Shown here in pieces: positions 47,739 to 58,158 of a stretch of DNA of 64,000 nt. This DNA comes from Turneriella sp. (GTDB lineage Bacteria > Spirochaetota > Leptospiria > Turneriellales > Turneriellaceae): contig CBDIID010000003.1 of NCBI GenBank assembly GCA_965279515.1, forward strand, positions 3,776,001 through 3,840,000, written 5' to 3'. The position numbers were made by a program, and so were the translations under genes. Numbering within the stretch: position 1 is the first letter of the stretch; every line of letters begins with the position of its first letter. The notes beneath the pieces are model-generated. The model searched no databases. It saw nothing but the letters and a program-made list of their open reading frames with translations, and was not told where the DNA came from.

Positions 47739-48302
47739 ATGATCGCGGTTTTCGAAAAAGCTGAAATCCGAAAGCACGCTGTACCTCTGACGATAGAGCA
47801 ATACCATACGCTTGTCAATGAAGGTTCTTTTTCCAATGATATTGAGTTTATCCGGGGAGCATTGATAGAGAAAATGTCAAAATCGCCGTTGCATGAATAC
47901 ATCATCGCGAAATTAATCCAGGCGATTACGCCGCTTTTGGGCAGAGAATTTCTACTGCGCAAAGAAGGGCCAATCTCTACACGGGATTCTGAACCTGAAC
48001 CGGATATTTCCATCGTAAAAGGAAGTCCTGACGATTTTTTGACGAAGCATCCGTCCACTGCGGAGTTTGTTGCCGAAGTTGCTGTGACGTCCCAGGATAT
48101 CGATTTTGCCAAGGCGGATATCTATGCAGAAGCAGGCATACCGGTCTACGCGCTCATCGACGCCAAGGCATGCGTTGTGCATTTACATACAAAGCCGAAA
48201 GAAGGCAGGTATGCTGAGGTTACCCTGCAGACGGACAACATGGAGCTTGGGCTGAGTGGAGCCAAAATTGATCTGAAGTCTGTCTTTCCTGAAGCACCAT
48301 AA
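47739..48302 (+). CDS. Uma2 (DUF820) family endonuclease-like protein
   Basis: EPEPDI, EVAVTS, KADIYAEAGIP. Confidence 0.88.
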   Translation: MIAVFEKAEIRKHAVPLTIEQYHTLVNEGSFSNDIEFIRGALIEKMSKSPLHEYIIAKLIQAITPLLGREFLLRKEGPISTRDSEPEPDISIVKGSPDDFLTKHPSTAEFVAEVAVTSQDIDFAKADIYAEAGIPVYALIDAKACVVHLHTKPKEGRYAEVTLQTDNMELGLSGAKIDLKSVFPEAP

Positions 48303-48339
48303 ATTCTTTTCACGCGGTCTGAATTCCGCAGGTTTACCC

Positions 48340-49482
48340 ATGTCAGCATTAACTATTCTCTCCGACGAAGAGCAGTCGTACTTCGACGCAATCAAAGATT
48401 TCGCCAAAAAAGAGATCACCCCGCACGTGATGGCGATGGACGAAGCGCAACAGGTCAATAAAGATATCGTCAAAAAACTCTTCGAAATGGGCATGATGGG
48501 CATCGAAGTGCCGCAGAGCCTCGAGGGTTCCGAAGCATCGTTTTTTACCGCGATTCTCGCGGTGCAGGCCATCTCGCAGGTCGACCCCTCGGTCGGTGTC
48601 ATGGTCGATGTGCAGAACACACTGGTCAACAATGCCTTCATGCGCTGGGGTTCAGACGCACTGAAAAAGAAATACCTGCCGCAGCTCGCGACAGGTAAAG
48701 TGGGATCATACTGTTTGTCCGAAAGTTCATCCGGCTCTGACGCTTTTGCCCTCAAAACCAAGGCCGCGAAAAAGGACGGTAAATATATTCTGAACGGGCA
48801 AAAGCTCTGGATCACGAATGCCGGCGAAGCGGATATCTTCATTATTATTGCGAACCTCAACCCCGAAGCGGGTTATAAAGGCATCACCGCCTTTATCGTC
48901 GAGCGTGGGTTTAAAGGTTTCTCTGTTTCGAAAAAAGAAAATAAGCTCGGCATACGCGCATCTTCAACCTGCGAACTCGTGCTCGAAGACTGCGAAGTGC
49001 CGCTCGAAAACCTGCTCGGCGAAGAGGGCAAGGGATATAAAGTTGCGATCGAAACCCTTAACGAAGGCCGTATCGGCATCGGCGCGCAGATGGTCGGCCT
49101 CGCCGAAGCGGCGCTCGGCCACGCCGTCGACTATGTAAAGACGCGTAACCAGTTCGGCAAACCAATCTCTTCATTCCAGGGCATGCAGTTTCAGCTCGCG
49201 CAGATGGCGATCGACGTCGAAAGCGCAAAACTCATGGTCTATAACGCCGCGCGCCTTAAAGATGCAGGCAAAGATTTCGTCAAAGAAGCAGCGATGGCCA
49301 AATACCATTCGAGCCAGGTCGCCGAGCGCGTGGCTTCGCTGGCCGTTGAATGTTTTGGCGGTTACGGCTTTGTGAAAGATTATCCGGTCGAAAAACTCTA
49401 CCGCGACGCCAAGATTGGCAAGATCTATGAAGGCACGAGCTTCATGCAGCTCATGACGATCGGCAAAATTCTGCTGGGTTGA
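48340..49482 (+). CDS. Acyl-CoA dehydrogenase (short/branched-chain type)
   Basis: LSESSSGSD, GQKLWITN, YRDAKIGKIYEGT. Confidence 0.95.
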   Translation: MSALTILSDEEQSYFDAIKDFAKKEITPHVMAMDEAQQVNKDIVKKLFEMGMMGIEVPQSLEGSEASFFTAILAVQAISQVDPSVGVMVDVQNTLVNNAFMRWGSDALKKKYLPQLATGKVGSYCLSESSSGSDAFALKTKAAKKDGKYILNGQKLWITNAGEADIFIIIANLNPEAGYKGITAFIVERGFKGFSVSKKENKLGIRASSTCELVLEDCEVPLENLLGEEGKGYKVAIETLNEGRIGIGAQMVGLAEAALGHAVDYVKTRNQFGKPISSFQGMQFQLAQMAIDVESAKLMVYNAARLKDAGKDFVKEAAMAKYHSSQVAERVASLAVECFGGYGFVKDYPVEKLYRDAKIGKIYEGTSFMQLMTIGKILLG

Positions 49483-49507
49483 TTTTTCGTAATATCAGGG
49501 TAGAAAA

Positions 49508-50047
49508 ATGTTAACCGCAGAGTACGCAAAGTTACGCGAAGTTAAGGGCATGAAGTTGCCTTTTCTGCCTTTGCGCAAGTTAGCGCACTTTGCGGTTTTT
49601 ATGCTCTCTTTCCTTATAATGGGGTCTGCTTCGGCCATTACAGCAAAAGGCGACGACGAACTCAAAAGTTTTATCGGTAAGTTTGCGGGCGTGTTTAAGA
49701 CAGCCGACCATGAGACGCTCGTCAACGCTGAGATGGTGCACTTTCCGCTGCGCCTCAAGGGCACGCTCGATGATTCGCCCGAGATTAAAATCAACGAAAA
49801 ACAATTTTCTAAAACCCTGGCGAAGATCGCCAACCAGCCGTCGGGTATGAACGCGAAGAATTTCAAGGAGACCGAGAAGGATTATGTCTCTAAGCAGGTG
49901 ATCAAAGGCACCTTGCCGACCGACTCGGGGCAGGGCACGGTTCGTCTCGGCAACCTGGTCTTCGGCAAAAAGGCGAAAAAATGGAAGCTCGTGATGATTT
50001 ATACTTCCGACGAGCTGATCGCCGAATTGCAGTCGAAAAAGAAGTAG
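49508..50047 (+). CDS. Hypothetical exported protein
   Basis: ORF with signal-like segment. Confidence 0.65.
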   Translation: MLTAEYAKLREVKGMKLPFLPLRKLAHFAVFMLSFLIMGSASAITAKGDDELKSFIGKFAGVFKTADHETLVNAEMVHFPLRLKGTLDDSPEIKINEKQFSKTLAKIANQPSGMNAKNFKETEKDYVSKQVIKGTLPTDSGQGTVRLGNLVFGKKAKKWKLVMIYTSDELIAELQSKKK

Positions 50048-50102
50048 TTTAAGGGGGAAATCCCCCAAAGTTTAGCCCCCGTTTGGCCGATATTCAAAGG
50101 GC

Positions 50103-51620
50103 GTGGCCTTCGTTAAGCGATACAGTCTCTATGCAGCCTTTTACCTGCTCGCCGGTGTAGCGGTGCTGTTCACACATTACATGCAGGTTTCGCCGTATAA
50201 AAAGGCAGAGCTGGACGAAAAGCTGACGCTGTCTGCCGCATCGCATTTTGCGCTCTCGCAGCTCGTCGATAATCTGCCGGTGATTTTTAAGGATAGCCCG
50301 CACGCCGCGGCGCTGAAGCTCAGCGACATCAAGGGCAGTTTTCTGGGCGCGATGTACGATGCGCGGCGCATGAGCGCGGCCGAGTATAAAACCTTTCTCG
50401 ATACCAAAATTTTTGAGTCCGGCAAGACGCCGGTGCCCGGCTATGAGATGCATGTCTGGGAGAGCAAACGGCGCAAACTGCGCATCATCGCGCTGAGCCT
50501 CAAACGCATGCAGTTCAGCGAATACCTCGCCGGCATGGGCCGCGACTATTCGCTGCATTACATTATTCCTCTTTATATACTCATCGGTGGATTGCTGCTG
50601 GCCGGATTCCATTTCTTTTTCAACGGCAAAAAATTCGAGTTGCCGCGTTTTAAACTGGGTGGAACAAAAGCTGCACCGGTACGCACGGCCTCCGCGCCGC
50701 CGGTGAGAATGCCCGCAAAGACCACGGCGAATGCCTGGCAGCTGAAGTCGGGGGTCATTGCCGAAGGGACTATACACGCGACGCTCAGCGCATTGCGCTC
50801 TTTGGCCGGCGCGTCTTCGGTCAGTCTTTTTGCACAAAGTGCAGGGTCGCTCTGGCACCGCGCTGAATGGCAGGGCGTCGCCGAAGTGCGCGGCTCTCTC
50901 ACGGTGCGCGGCGAAGCGATGGAAACCCCGGGCCCGCTCATGGTAAAGGTCGAATCTGACTCTGAAATTTTAACTTCGCACGACCGCTCTGAATGGCTGT
51001 TTTTCAACACCGAGGCAAAATCAGCGCAGCTGTGTTTTGCGCTGCGTTTTCCCTCGGGCGACCACGCGCCCTCGGGCGATCTCTCGCAGCAGATCACGGC
51101 CTTTGTGAAGACGAATTGCCGCAGCCTGCTGGTCGAACACTATTACGAAAACTCGATTCTCGATGCCGAAAGCGGCCTCTATAGCCTGCCGTACGCGATG
51201 TTCACGCTGAAAGAAAAAATTCTCGGCGGATTACCCTTTGCGACGGCAATCTTTCGTTTTGCGGACGGCGATTTCAGCGCCGCGGTGTTTACGAAGGTGG
51301 CACGCGCCGCGATTCGGGTGATGCGCGAAAATTTTCTTGCCGAAGAAGCGCCTGTCATCGCCCGCGGGCAGGGCAATACCATCGTCATTATCTTCAACGC
51401 CCAGAAGGGCGATAAAACAAAATATCTCAGGGCGGTAGAGCAGCTCTACAACGCCTACGCAAGCCTGGGCCGTCGCGCCGCGGCGGGTTTTATGGAAGAT
51501 ACGGCAAGTACAGGTTCGGGCGCGCGCGTGATGAAGATTTTTGAACGCCTGCTCGAGAAGTCGCAGACCACCGGCCAATTAGCGCTTTACACGCTTCAAT
51601 CCCACCTTAATATCATTTAG
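50103..51620 (+). CDS. Hypothetical membrane-anchored protein
   Basis: 505 aa, two TM segments; C-terminus faintly GGDEF-like (D.ESGLY) without the active motif. Confidence 0.7.
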   Translation: MAFVKRYSLYAAFYLLAGVAVLFTHYMQVSPYKKAELDEKLTLSAASHFALSQLVDNLPVIFKDSPHAAALKLSDIKGSFLGAMYDARRMSAAEYKTFLDTKIFESGKTPVPGYEMHVWESKRRKLRIIALSLKRMQFSEYLAGMGRDYSLHYIIPLYILIGGLLLAGFHFFFNGKKFELPRFKLGGTKAAPVRTASAPPVRMPAKTTANAWQLKSGVIAEGTIHATLSALRSLAGASSVSLFAQSAGSLWHRAEWQGVAEVRGSLTVRGEAMETPGPLMVKVESDSEILTSHDRSEWLFFNTEAKSAQLCFALRFPSGDHAPSGDLSQQITAFVKTNCRSLLVEHYYENSILDAESGLYSLPYAMFTLKEKILGGLPFATAIFRFADGDFSAAVFTKVARAAIRVMRENFLAEEAPVIARGQGNTIVIIFNAQKGDKTKYLRAVEQLYNAYASLGRRAAAGFMEDTASTGSGARVMKIFERLLEKSQTTGQLALYTLQSHLNII

Positions 51621-51638
51621 TCCCCCAGGGCGCGCAAA

Positions 51639-52376
51639 ATGGCCGACTTAGTCTCACGTCGCATGATGAAGAACCTGCTGACGAAGCGGACCGGTGGCTC
51701 GCGTGTCGTCACAGAGAATGTCGCCATTTTAAAGGCCATCGAGGCCGTGCCCAAAATCGCCAGCGTCGAATCAGACAACTATTACAAAGAGCCGGTCACC
51801 ATCGAATATTATATTCCCAAAGAGAGCCGCTTCGCCTACCAGGTGAAGTACCTGTACATACCTCTCTATGATCCGCCGACGAAGAACGACAACCAGGTTC
51901 TGGTCATGAATCACTTCAAGGAACTCGGCGAACCCATCGACCTGATGAAGGTGATGGACGATTACCCGCAATTTTTAGTGAAGATGCTCGACTACCTTTC
52001 GCCGCAGATGTCGATCATCGAAAACATGAGCCGCAACATCCAGGACGGTTTGGCTGGTGAACACGAGGCGTTCCGGCGTGCTTTGTATACCTGCGAGGTG
52101 TTGCACAAGTTCGAACCTTCGATTGTCTCGCTCGAAATTGTCGGCGACTACACGACGTTTAATATCAACTGGTTTATCCGTAAGCTGAATTCGCTCAAGG
52201 TCGAGTTTTCACTCGAAGACCCGACAATCGAATATCTCATGAACCGTTACCGACGCTTTGCTGCGGATGCGAATGAAACGATACCCGAGCGCTTTGAGAT
52301 TTTATCGCAGATTTTTCTCGACCAGGCGTTTCCGCTGAGCGACGAAGAATACTCCGAACTGATTAATCCGGACTAA
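51639..52376 (+). CDS. Hypothetical protein
   Basis: 245-aa ORF with host-like codon usage. Confidence 0.75.
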   Translation: MADLVSRRMMKNLLTKRTGGSRVVTENVAILKAIEAVPKIASVESDNYYKEPVTIEYYIPKESRFAYQVKYLYIPLYDPPTKNDNQVLVMNHFKELGEPIDLMKVMDDYPQFLVKMLDYLSPQMSIIENMSRNIQDGLAGEHEAFRRALYTCEVLHKFEPSIVSLEIVGDYTTFNINWFIRKLNSLKVEFSLEDPTIEYLMNRYRRFAADANETIPERFEILSQIFLDQAFPLSDEEYSELINPD

Positions 52377-52430
52377 TACGCAAGGATGCGTTTAGTCTGC
52401 CGCCGCCACGGATGGCGTCTTCGCGGCGGG

Positions 52431-53795
52431 CTAATTCGCAGGGTTACGGCGCAGGCGGAACCAGAAAGCCCCTGCAAACACAACCACCGCTACGAGGGGA
52501 AAAAGCAATTTCTGCGTCAGCGAGAGCGGCGATTTAATTTCGACCTCCGCCTCTTCCTGTTTTTTGACATCCATGATGCCGCCGCCTGCGAGGCTGAATT
52601 CAATCTGGGTTTCGCGCGCGGTAAATGAGATCAGCCCGCGGCCGAGGTTTTCATCGCGCACCCGGCTCATCGTCTTCTCGCCCTGTTTCACTTCGACGTT
52701 TTCGGGTTCGGCGATCAGCTGAAGGCCTGTGTCTTGAGGGTAGAGGGATTGAAAGCGGAGGGCAGTGCCTTTTTCCGCATACGGCATTTTGAACATCACC
52801 TGCAGAATACGGTCGCCGGGTTTAACATTCTGTCCCGCGCTGTAGAAGCCTTTGCGTGCCGCGGGTTTGGGCGTCAGTTTCAGCCACTGGATGCTCGACG
52901 CGCCGCTGCCGACAGAAATGGAGGCCTGTTCGATCTGGGCGTTTTCGGGAAGATAAAATTCGAGCCCCTCTGCGCCGCCGGTAAAGGTGCGCTTGTCGCT
53001 GTTCACGAAAAAGAGAATCATGAGCCCTGAGAGTGTGTCGGCGCTGCTGCGGCGCAGCTCGACAAGTGTGCGTACCCGTACCTTGTCGGTCGATGCCGTG
53101 CTGTCAAAGATGTCGAGGCTGACTTCTGCCGGGCTCTGCATGTTGGGTGGAATCACGCGGCTGTAGGTTACGCCGCGGTATACGGCCTGCACCATATAAG
53201 GCCCGGTCGTCATTTCGGGCAGGTTCAGGAACTCTGTTTTGCCGCCCTGCGTGGTCTTGGCCGTCACGGGTTGCATCCCCTGTTCGAGTTTCAACAGCTG
53301 AACGCTCATGGGCTGCGTCTCGGTACGTGCCAGTGTGCCGTTTTGCACTGTCACGCGGATGTCAAAGGCGCTCAGGTCGCCAGGCAAGGAGAAAACAACG
53401 AGTATGGCACACAGCCAGAGTGCCAGCTTTGCGCCGCAGGCATGGCAGAATTTAGCCGCCGCAGCGGTGATTGCAGCGCCACAGGAGCTGCAGAATTTTG
53501 CGCTGCTCTGCGTTTTTACAGTTATTTCCGGCATGGCAGAGATCTTCTTCTCAATACTGTCCCATTCGCCGAGTAGTTCGTTTTGCAGCCTGCCATAGGT
53601 AATGTCGTCCATTTTACCTACGCTTTTCTCATATTCCATATCACGCAGCGAACCTTTGATGGCTTCGATGCGTTCACCGAGGCGCACCCGTTCTGCATCA
53701 ACGACGGGGGCATCCTGACGGCGCACACGCGCTTCTGAAAAAATCAGGTAGAAGAGCGCGGCGGCGACAATGAGCGCAAAGACTATATAGATCAT
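52431..53795 (-). CDS. CcmI-like N-terminus, zinc ribbon and exported domain
   Basis: LRDMEYEKSVGKMDD..Y; CSSCG...FCHACG. Confidence 0.6.
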   Translation of the reverse strand: MIYIVFALIVAAALFYLIFSEARVRRQDAPVVDAERVRLGERIEAIKGSLRDMEYEKSVGKMDDITYGRLQNELLGEWDSIEKKISAMPEITVKTQSSAKFCSSCGAAITAAAAKFCHACGAKLALWLCAILVVFSLPGDLSAFDIRVTVQNGTLARTETQPMSVQLLKLEQGMQPVTAKTTQGGKTEFLNLPEMTTGPYMVQAVYRGVTYSRVIPPNMQSPAEVSLDIFDSTASTDKVRVRTLVELRRSSADTLSGLMILFFVNSDKRTFTGGAEGLEFYLPENAQIEQASISVGSGASSIQWLKLTPKPAARKGFYSAGQNVKPGDRILQVMFKMPYAEKGTALRFQSLYPQDTGLQLIAEPENVEVKQGEKTMSRVRDENLGRGLISFTARETQIEFSLAGGGIMDVKKQEEAEVEIKSPLSLTQKLLFPLVAVVVFAGAFWFRLRRNPAN

Positions 53796-54901
53796 GATTT
53801 GCTATCGTCGATCTCGACGGCCTTGTTGTAGATTTTTAATGATTCGGGTGGCGGTGATTTATGTGTATAACGCATCGCAGAACCCGTGGAAGAGAGAAAC
53901 AGCAGCTCGTCCTTGACGCCGATGGCAATCTGTTCGGCCCAGAATGGAAGTTCGGTTTCATTGCCGCCACTGCGGAAAGCCAGCACGCCGTCTTCGATGT
54001 AATAGAACTGGCGGTCGTTGATAAAGGCTGCGTCGCCCCAGACCTTCGCTTTCATTCTGCGGCCGATCTGCGAATCTTTGGGATTCAGCGTGACGAACTC
54101 TTGCGCGCCCGCGCCGCCGATAAAAACGCCGGCGATCTTGGTTTCAGAGACAAGATAAAGTTTGTTCGAGGCGATATCTTTGGAGACGAGTTTCGGCTGT
54201 TTTTCGCCGAGTTGGTAGAGGCGGTAGCTGCCTGCTGCGCCATAGATCATCCACACCTTGTTGTCGGGGGCTGAGTAAAAATATGCGTAGGCCGGGAACT
54301 TCTTCGCCGACTTCTCGGGTTTTGCGCCCTTGTTGAAGAGGGTATCTTTGCCGGTGACGGGACTGTAGACGTGTATCTGGTCGTTCTTCAGGTACCAGAC
54401 CGTGCCGTCGCTTTTCACGGCTGGCTTGGTCACGCAGTGCGAGGTGCCGATTTCACCGAGTTTGGCCTGTTCGACCTGCCAAAGCCAGATTTTGCATTCC
54501 TTCAGTTGTTCGCTGGGTTGTTGCAGAAACACCGCAAAATTGCCGTCGGGCGCAAAATTGACGTCGCGGATTTTACCTGCGATATTCACTTTTTCCTGTT
54601 TGTCTTTGCTGCGGTTGATGACGATGGCGCGCGTATTTTCAAAGGCCTTTTTCGCGAGCTTTTTTTCGATTAGCAGAATTTTCTGGCCGTCGTGCGAGGT
54701 GCGCAGAAAGGAAAACGAAAGCTCACGTTTTGTGATAAAGAACTCTTTGGGCAGCGAGAGCTCATAGGCATTTTTCATAAAAAGCAGCGCCGAATCGTAA
54801 TCTTCTTTAGCGAGCGCAGCCTGGGATTTTTCGATGAATTTTTCGGGGGTAGGGCCGCAGGCAATGAAACAGGCGGCAAATGTCAGCGCAAATCTTCTCA
54901 T
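53792..54901 (-). CDS. Hypothetical lipoprotein (beta-propeller-like)
   Basis: FIAC lipobox; ATGA coupling. Confidence 0.7.
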   Translation of the reverse strand: MRRFALTFAACFIACGPTPEKFIEKSQAALAKEDYDSALLFMKNAYELSLPKEFFITKRELSFSFLRTSHDGQKILLIEKKLAKKAFENTRAIVINRSKDKQEKVNIAGKIRDVNFAPDGNFAVFLQQPSEQLKECKIWLWQVEQAKLGEIGTSHCVTKPAVKSDGTVWYLKNDQIHVYSPVTGKDTLFNKGAKPEKSAKKFPAYAYFYSAPDNKVWMIYGAAGSYRLYQLGEKQPKLVSKDIASNKLYLVSETKIAGVFIGGAGAQEFVTLNPKDSQIGRRMKAKVWGDAAFINDRQFYYIEDGVLAFRSGGNETELPFWAEQIAIGVKDELLFLSSTGSAMRYTHKSPPPESLKIYNKAVEIDDSKS

Positions 54902-55371
54902 GGCAATGCTAAGGCAACGACGCCGGTACGCGCCATATGCAGAACTTTAAACGGCTGAATGGCTTCGAGAAAATGTTTCACACGGCGCGGTTCGGCAGCC
55001 ATCTGCAGTAGAATCTGGGTATCGGACATTTCGATCACGGTAGTTTCAAAGAGCCGTGAAAGCATCAAAAGTTCTGCACGCTCGCTTTTTTTGATTTCGA
55101 TGGAGATCAGTAGCAGCTCGCGCTTGACCGAAATCTCGCCGGTCAGGTTTTTGATCTCGATCACGTCCATGAGCTTCAAAAGCTGCTTTGTGATCTGCCC
55201 GATCATCGACTCGTCTTCATCGATAACGAGGGTAATGACCGAATATTTTGGGTCGTGGGTTTCACCGACGCATAACGAATCGATGTTATAACTGCGCCGT
55301 GTGAACAGGCCCGTCACGTGACTCAGGACCCCGGCCGCATTGTTGACCTTCACCGAGAGAACGTGTTTCAT
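54898..55371 (-). CDS. ilvN: Acetolactate synthase small subunit
   Basis: N..GVLS..TGLFTRRSYNIDSL.VG...MARTG. Confidence 0.92.
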   Translation of the reverse strand: MKHVLSVKVNNAAGVLSHVTGLFTRRSYNIDSLCVGETHDPKYSVITLVIDEDESMIGQITKQLLKLMDVIEIKNLTGEISVKRELLLISIEIKKSERAELLMLSRLFETTVIEMSDTQILLQMAAEPRRVKHFLEAIQPFKVLHMARTGVVALALP

Positions 55372-55417
55372 TAAGGCGACTTATGCCGCCGAAACTGACC
55401 GTAAACAAAATTGGCCG

Positions 55418-56107
55418 TCAAAGGGGCGTCAGGTCGCAGAAGCAGAAACTGTGCGATGACTTGTAGCTACGGGTCACCTTTTCGCCGATAACGAAGCGGA
55501 TTTCCCCGTTGAACACGGGGCCTGCGTAACAGAACGTATGGAACTCCCCGTTTTCACCGCAGGGATCGACCCCCGTGGGCAGGTCGGCGACAAAGGCGGC
55601 GTCGATCTCGCGCCCCGCGAATGAGGCATCGAGTACACTCAGATCGACGCAGACCGTCACAGCTTTAAATCCCAGGGCGATAAATTCAGCGATCAGTGTT
55701 TTTGTGTCCTGCTTCCACAGCGGAAAGACTGCGCTGAGACCGACGTCGGCCAGTTTCTCTTCCCGGTAGCGGCGCAAGTCTTCGAGAAAGATGTCACCGA
55801 ACGCGGAGCAGGTGAACCCCGCACGCTGTAGATCACCCACGGCCTGCCGCATCTTGTCTTCGTAGATGGGCATGCCCGGCTCTTCGGGCAGCTCGATGGT
55901 TGAGGCTGGCAACCCCAACGCCCTGATCTGCTGCTCGAGCAGGCTGCGGCGCAGACCGTGCATCGAGACACGGTCGTGTGCCGCATTCACAGAGGTGAGC
56001 AGATGTTCAACGCTGTAGCGCGGGTCGCTCCTGAGCTTGTAAAGAGCCAGCGCCGAATCTTTGCCGGTCGACCAGTTAAAGAATGTTTTTAGCGGTGCGG
56101 CGCTCAA
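55418..56107 (-). CDS. DUF71/COG2102 PP-loop ATPase (Dph6-like)
   Basis: WSTGKDS, FGDIFLED, DPCGENGEFHTF; start taken at TTG. Confidence 0.9.
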   Translation of the reverse strand: MSAAPLKTFFNWSTGKDSALALYKLRSDPRYSVEHLLTSVNAAHDRVSMHGLRRSLLEQQIRALGLPASTIELPEEPGMPIYEDKMRQAVGDLQRAGFTCSAFGDIFLEDLRRYREEKLADVGLSAVFPLWKQDTKTLIAEFIALGFKAVTVCVDLSVLDASFAGREIDAAFVADLPTGVDPCGENGEFHTFCYAGPVFNGEIRFVIGEKVTRSYKSSHSFCFCDLTPL

Positions 56108-56108
56108 A

Positions 56109-56675
56109 CTATACCCGGGCGAGCGCGGGAAAGCGCAGGCGCAGCAGCGCATAGCCGCCGAACAGCACCGTTACATAAAACACATCACCGTAAAGCGTGC
56201 CGCGGAAAAACGGTATCGCCGCATTGTAACAGGCAACGAGCCCCGCGAAGTCATGCGTGTAGATGCTGCCCTGCAGCCACACGCCGAAGTTCGATACCAA
56301 AAAGAAAATGGCGCCGGCGCCCAAACCTGCGCCTGCAACTTTCACCGGCGAAACGCTCTTGCGGAGGATGCCGAGTCCCAAAAGCGCGATGAGAAAGTAG
56401 CTGAGGTATTGCCAGTGGAAGCCGGGGTACATCCAGACGAATCGGGGATTGTACGCGGCGTAGATGACATTGTCGATAAAGAGGCTGGATAACCACATCG
56501 CGGCAAATGGAATCAGAAATACCTGCCAGACGCGTGCAAAGTGTGCAGCGGCCAGCAGCGTGATCGCATCCATCGGCGAGAAGTTGGGCATGTGCGGAAC
56601 GACGCGGCTAAAAGCCGCTACCAAAATAATCGTTGCAAGTGTCATGAACTGAAGGTTGTACTTTTGCTGTTTCAT
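56109..56675 (-). CDS. DUF6580-like putative transporter membrane protein
   Basis: SRVVPHMPNFSP...FFLVSNFGVW...CYNAAIPFF. Confidence 0.8.
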   Translation of the reverse strand: MKQQKYNLQFMTLATIILVAAFSRVVPHMPNFSPMDAITLLAAAHFARVWQVFLIPFAAMWLSSLFIDNVIYAAYNPRFVWMYPGFHWQYLSYFLIALLGLGILRKSVSPVKVAGAGLGAGAIFFLVSNFGVWLQGSIYTHDFAGLVACYNAAIPFFRGTLYGDVFYVTVLFGGYALLRLRFPALARV

Positions 56676-56680
56676 AGTTC

Positions 56681-57463
56681 TTATTTGCGGGTTATGTTGG
56701 TCCAGGCAAAGCCGCTGCAACCGCCTGTGCCGGGCGACGTGTACGTCGGCTTCGATGTGCTGTTCGCTGTGGCCAGGTAGCTAGACTGGTTGTAGAGTAA
56801 CTCACAGTAATACAGTTTACGGGTGCTATCGAGAGTCCAGAATATTTTACCGAATTTGTAGCGGTTAAAGCAGCCCGCGCTTTCTTCCTGGTAGACCAGG
56901 TATCCGTTCGTATTGTCGTAATGGATAATTGTTTTTATGCAAAACGTATCATCCCAAGATGTATCGGCAATTGTGTGCGAACCGCTGAAATTGTCGGTAA
57001 AACTGCCTGCGAGTGTCAGGTTTGTTCCGGATGTTAATTTGGTCCAGGCCTTGCCGTTGCAGCCGGTCGTTGAAGGGGACGCTGTATCGGGAGCGCTCGT
57101 TACCGCCTTGACGTCAGCGACGGAATTCTTGCCCGCAATAAAATCACAATACCAGAGCGTGCCCGCCGAATCGTTTATCAGGTAGGTTTTCCCGAATTTG
57201 TCGCTGTTGACGCAAGCTGCTCCACTTTCGCTGTAGATAACAAAGCCATCCGTGCTTTTATAGTCGTAGAGTCCGCGGGTACAGACACCCACGCCCGGGT
57301 TTGTGATCTTCCATGTGCTGATTGAGATTTCGTGTAACTGCGTTAAGGGATCGTGCAGGTTTCCGCTGAAATCCTGACCGGAAGCAGCTGTGTTTTTACA
57401 ATGCGCGAGCAGAATGGTGCACGATAGCGCCATCGAGGCGATAGAAATTTTTTTGAGAATCAT
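56681..57463 (-). CDS. Cys-rich lipoprotein with two internal repeats
   Basis: LAHC lipobox; duplicated KFGK...(W/Y)YC...SP.T.GC.G.AWT. Confidence 0.75.
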   Translation of the reverse strand: MILKKISIASMALSCTILLAHCKNTAASGQDFSGNLHDPLTQLHEISISTWKITNPGVGVCTRGLYDYKSTDGFVIYSESGAACVNSDKFGKTYLINDSAGTLWYCDFIAGKNSVADVKAVTSAPDTASPSTTGCNGKAWTKLTSGTNLTLAGSFTDNFSGSHTIADTSWDDTFCIKTIIHYDNTNGYLVYQEESAGCFNRYKFGKIFWTLDSTRKLYYCELLYNQSSYLATANSTSKPTYTSPGTGGCSGFAWTNITRK

Positions 57464-57557
57464 TTAATAGCTCCTGAAAACAAGAGCCCGCGAGAACGAG
57501 CATAGAAAAAATTTACTCGAACTTTTTCGGTACAAGGCCGTATCCTCGGGCCACGTA

Positions 57558-57690
57558 CACAAGAGTTCCCGACTTTCCCCGCCGTTTCTAAAACGGCGAA
57601 AGATCACGGTTGCGGGTCAGCGCCGGATTCACACCGGACTTCCTCTATTGCTGCCGTTAGCGTTGCAAACTGCAGCACGGCATCAAGTAT
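57558..57690 (-). ncRNA. Cobalamin riboswitch
   Basis: Minus strand AGAGGAAGTCCGGTGTGAATCCGGCGCTGACCCGCAACCGTGA...AAGTCGGGAAC matches the core and B12 box; lies upstream of B12-associated genes. Confidence 0.88.
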
Positions 57691-57756
57691 CGCCGCGACA
57701 GGGTGTAAACCGGCTTTAGGAATTGACAACCCCGCGCGGGGGGATATCCACCCCAC

Positions 57757-58134
57757 ATGAAACTTTTCATACTCGGCGTAATTCTGACTTCACTGGCATT
57801 TACTGCCGCCGGTTGCAAAAAAGGCCAGCCCATTGCCTGCACCGATCGCATGGATAAAATTCCCAATCTCACTAATATCAGCGGGGCGACTCTTAAAGTA
57901 CATTGCCCGCAAAATTGTTTTTCCGGAACCGTCTACGGCGACGGCGTCTACACCGTTGATTCAGCTGTGTGTGTCGCAGCGGTGCATGCGGGCGTTCTGA
58001 ACGCAGTCGACGGCGGCAATATCGAGGTGCGCGTCGTGCCGAGCCAGCCGGGTTATGCAGGTTCTGAAAAGAACGGCATATCGAGCCGGTCATGGTCGAG
58101 TTCATGGGGCAGTACCGCGTTTACAGTGAAATAG
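57757..58134 (+). CDS. LCCL domain lipoprotein
   Basis: CP..C...VYGDGVYTVDSAVCVAAVHAG...Y.GS.KNGI.S. Confidence 0.9.
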   Translation: MKLFILGVILTSLAFTAAGCKKGQPIACTDRMDKIPNLTNISGATLKVHCPQNCFSGTVYGDGVYTVDSAVCVAAVHAGVLNAVDGGNIEVRVVPSQPGYAGSEKNGISSRSWSSSWGSTAFTVK

Positions 58135-58158
58135 GCTCAAACACACTTGGCATGAATC

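Noticed and set aside
47739..48302. Uma2 gene as the array's mobility enzyme
   Set aside because: It is a common solitary family, lies 18 kb away, and nothing links it to the array.
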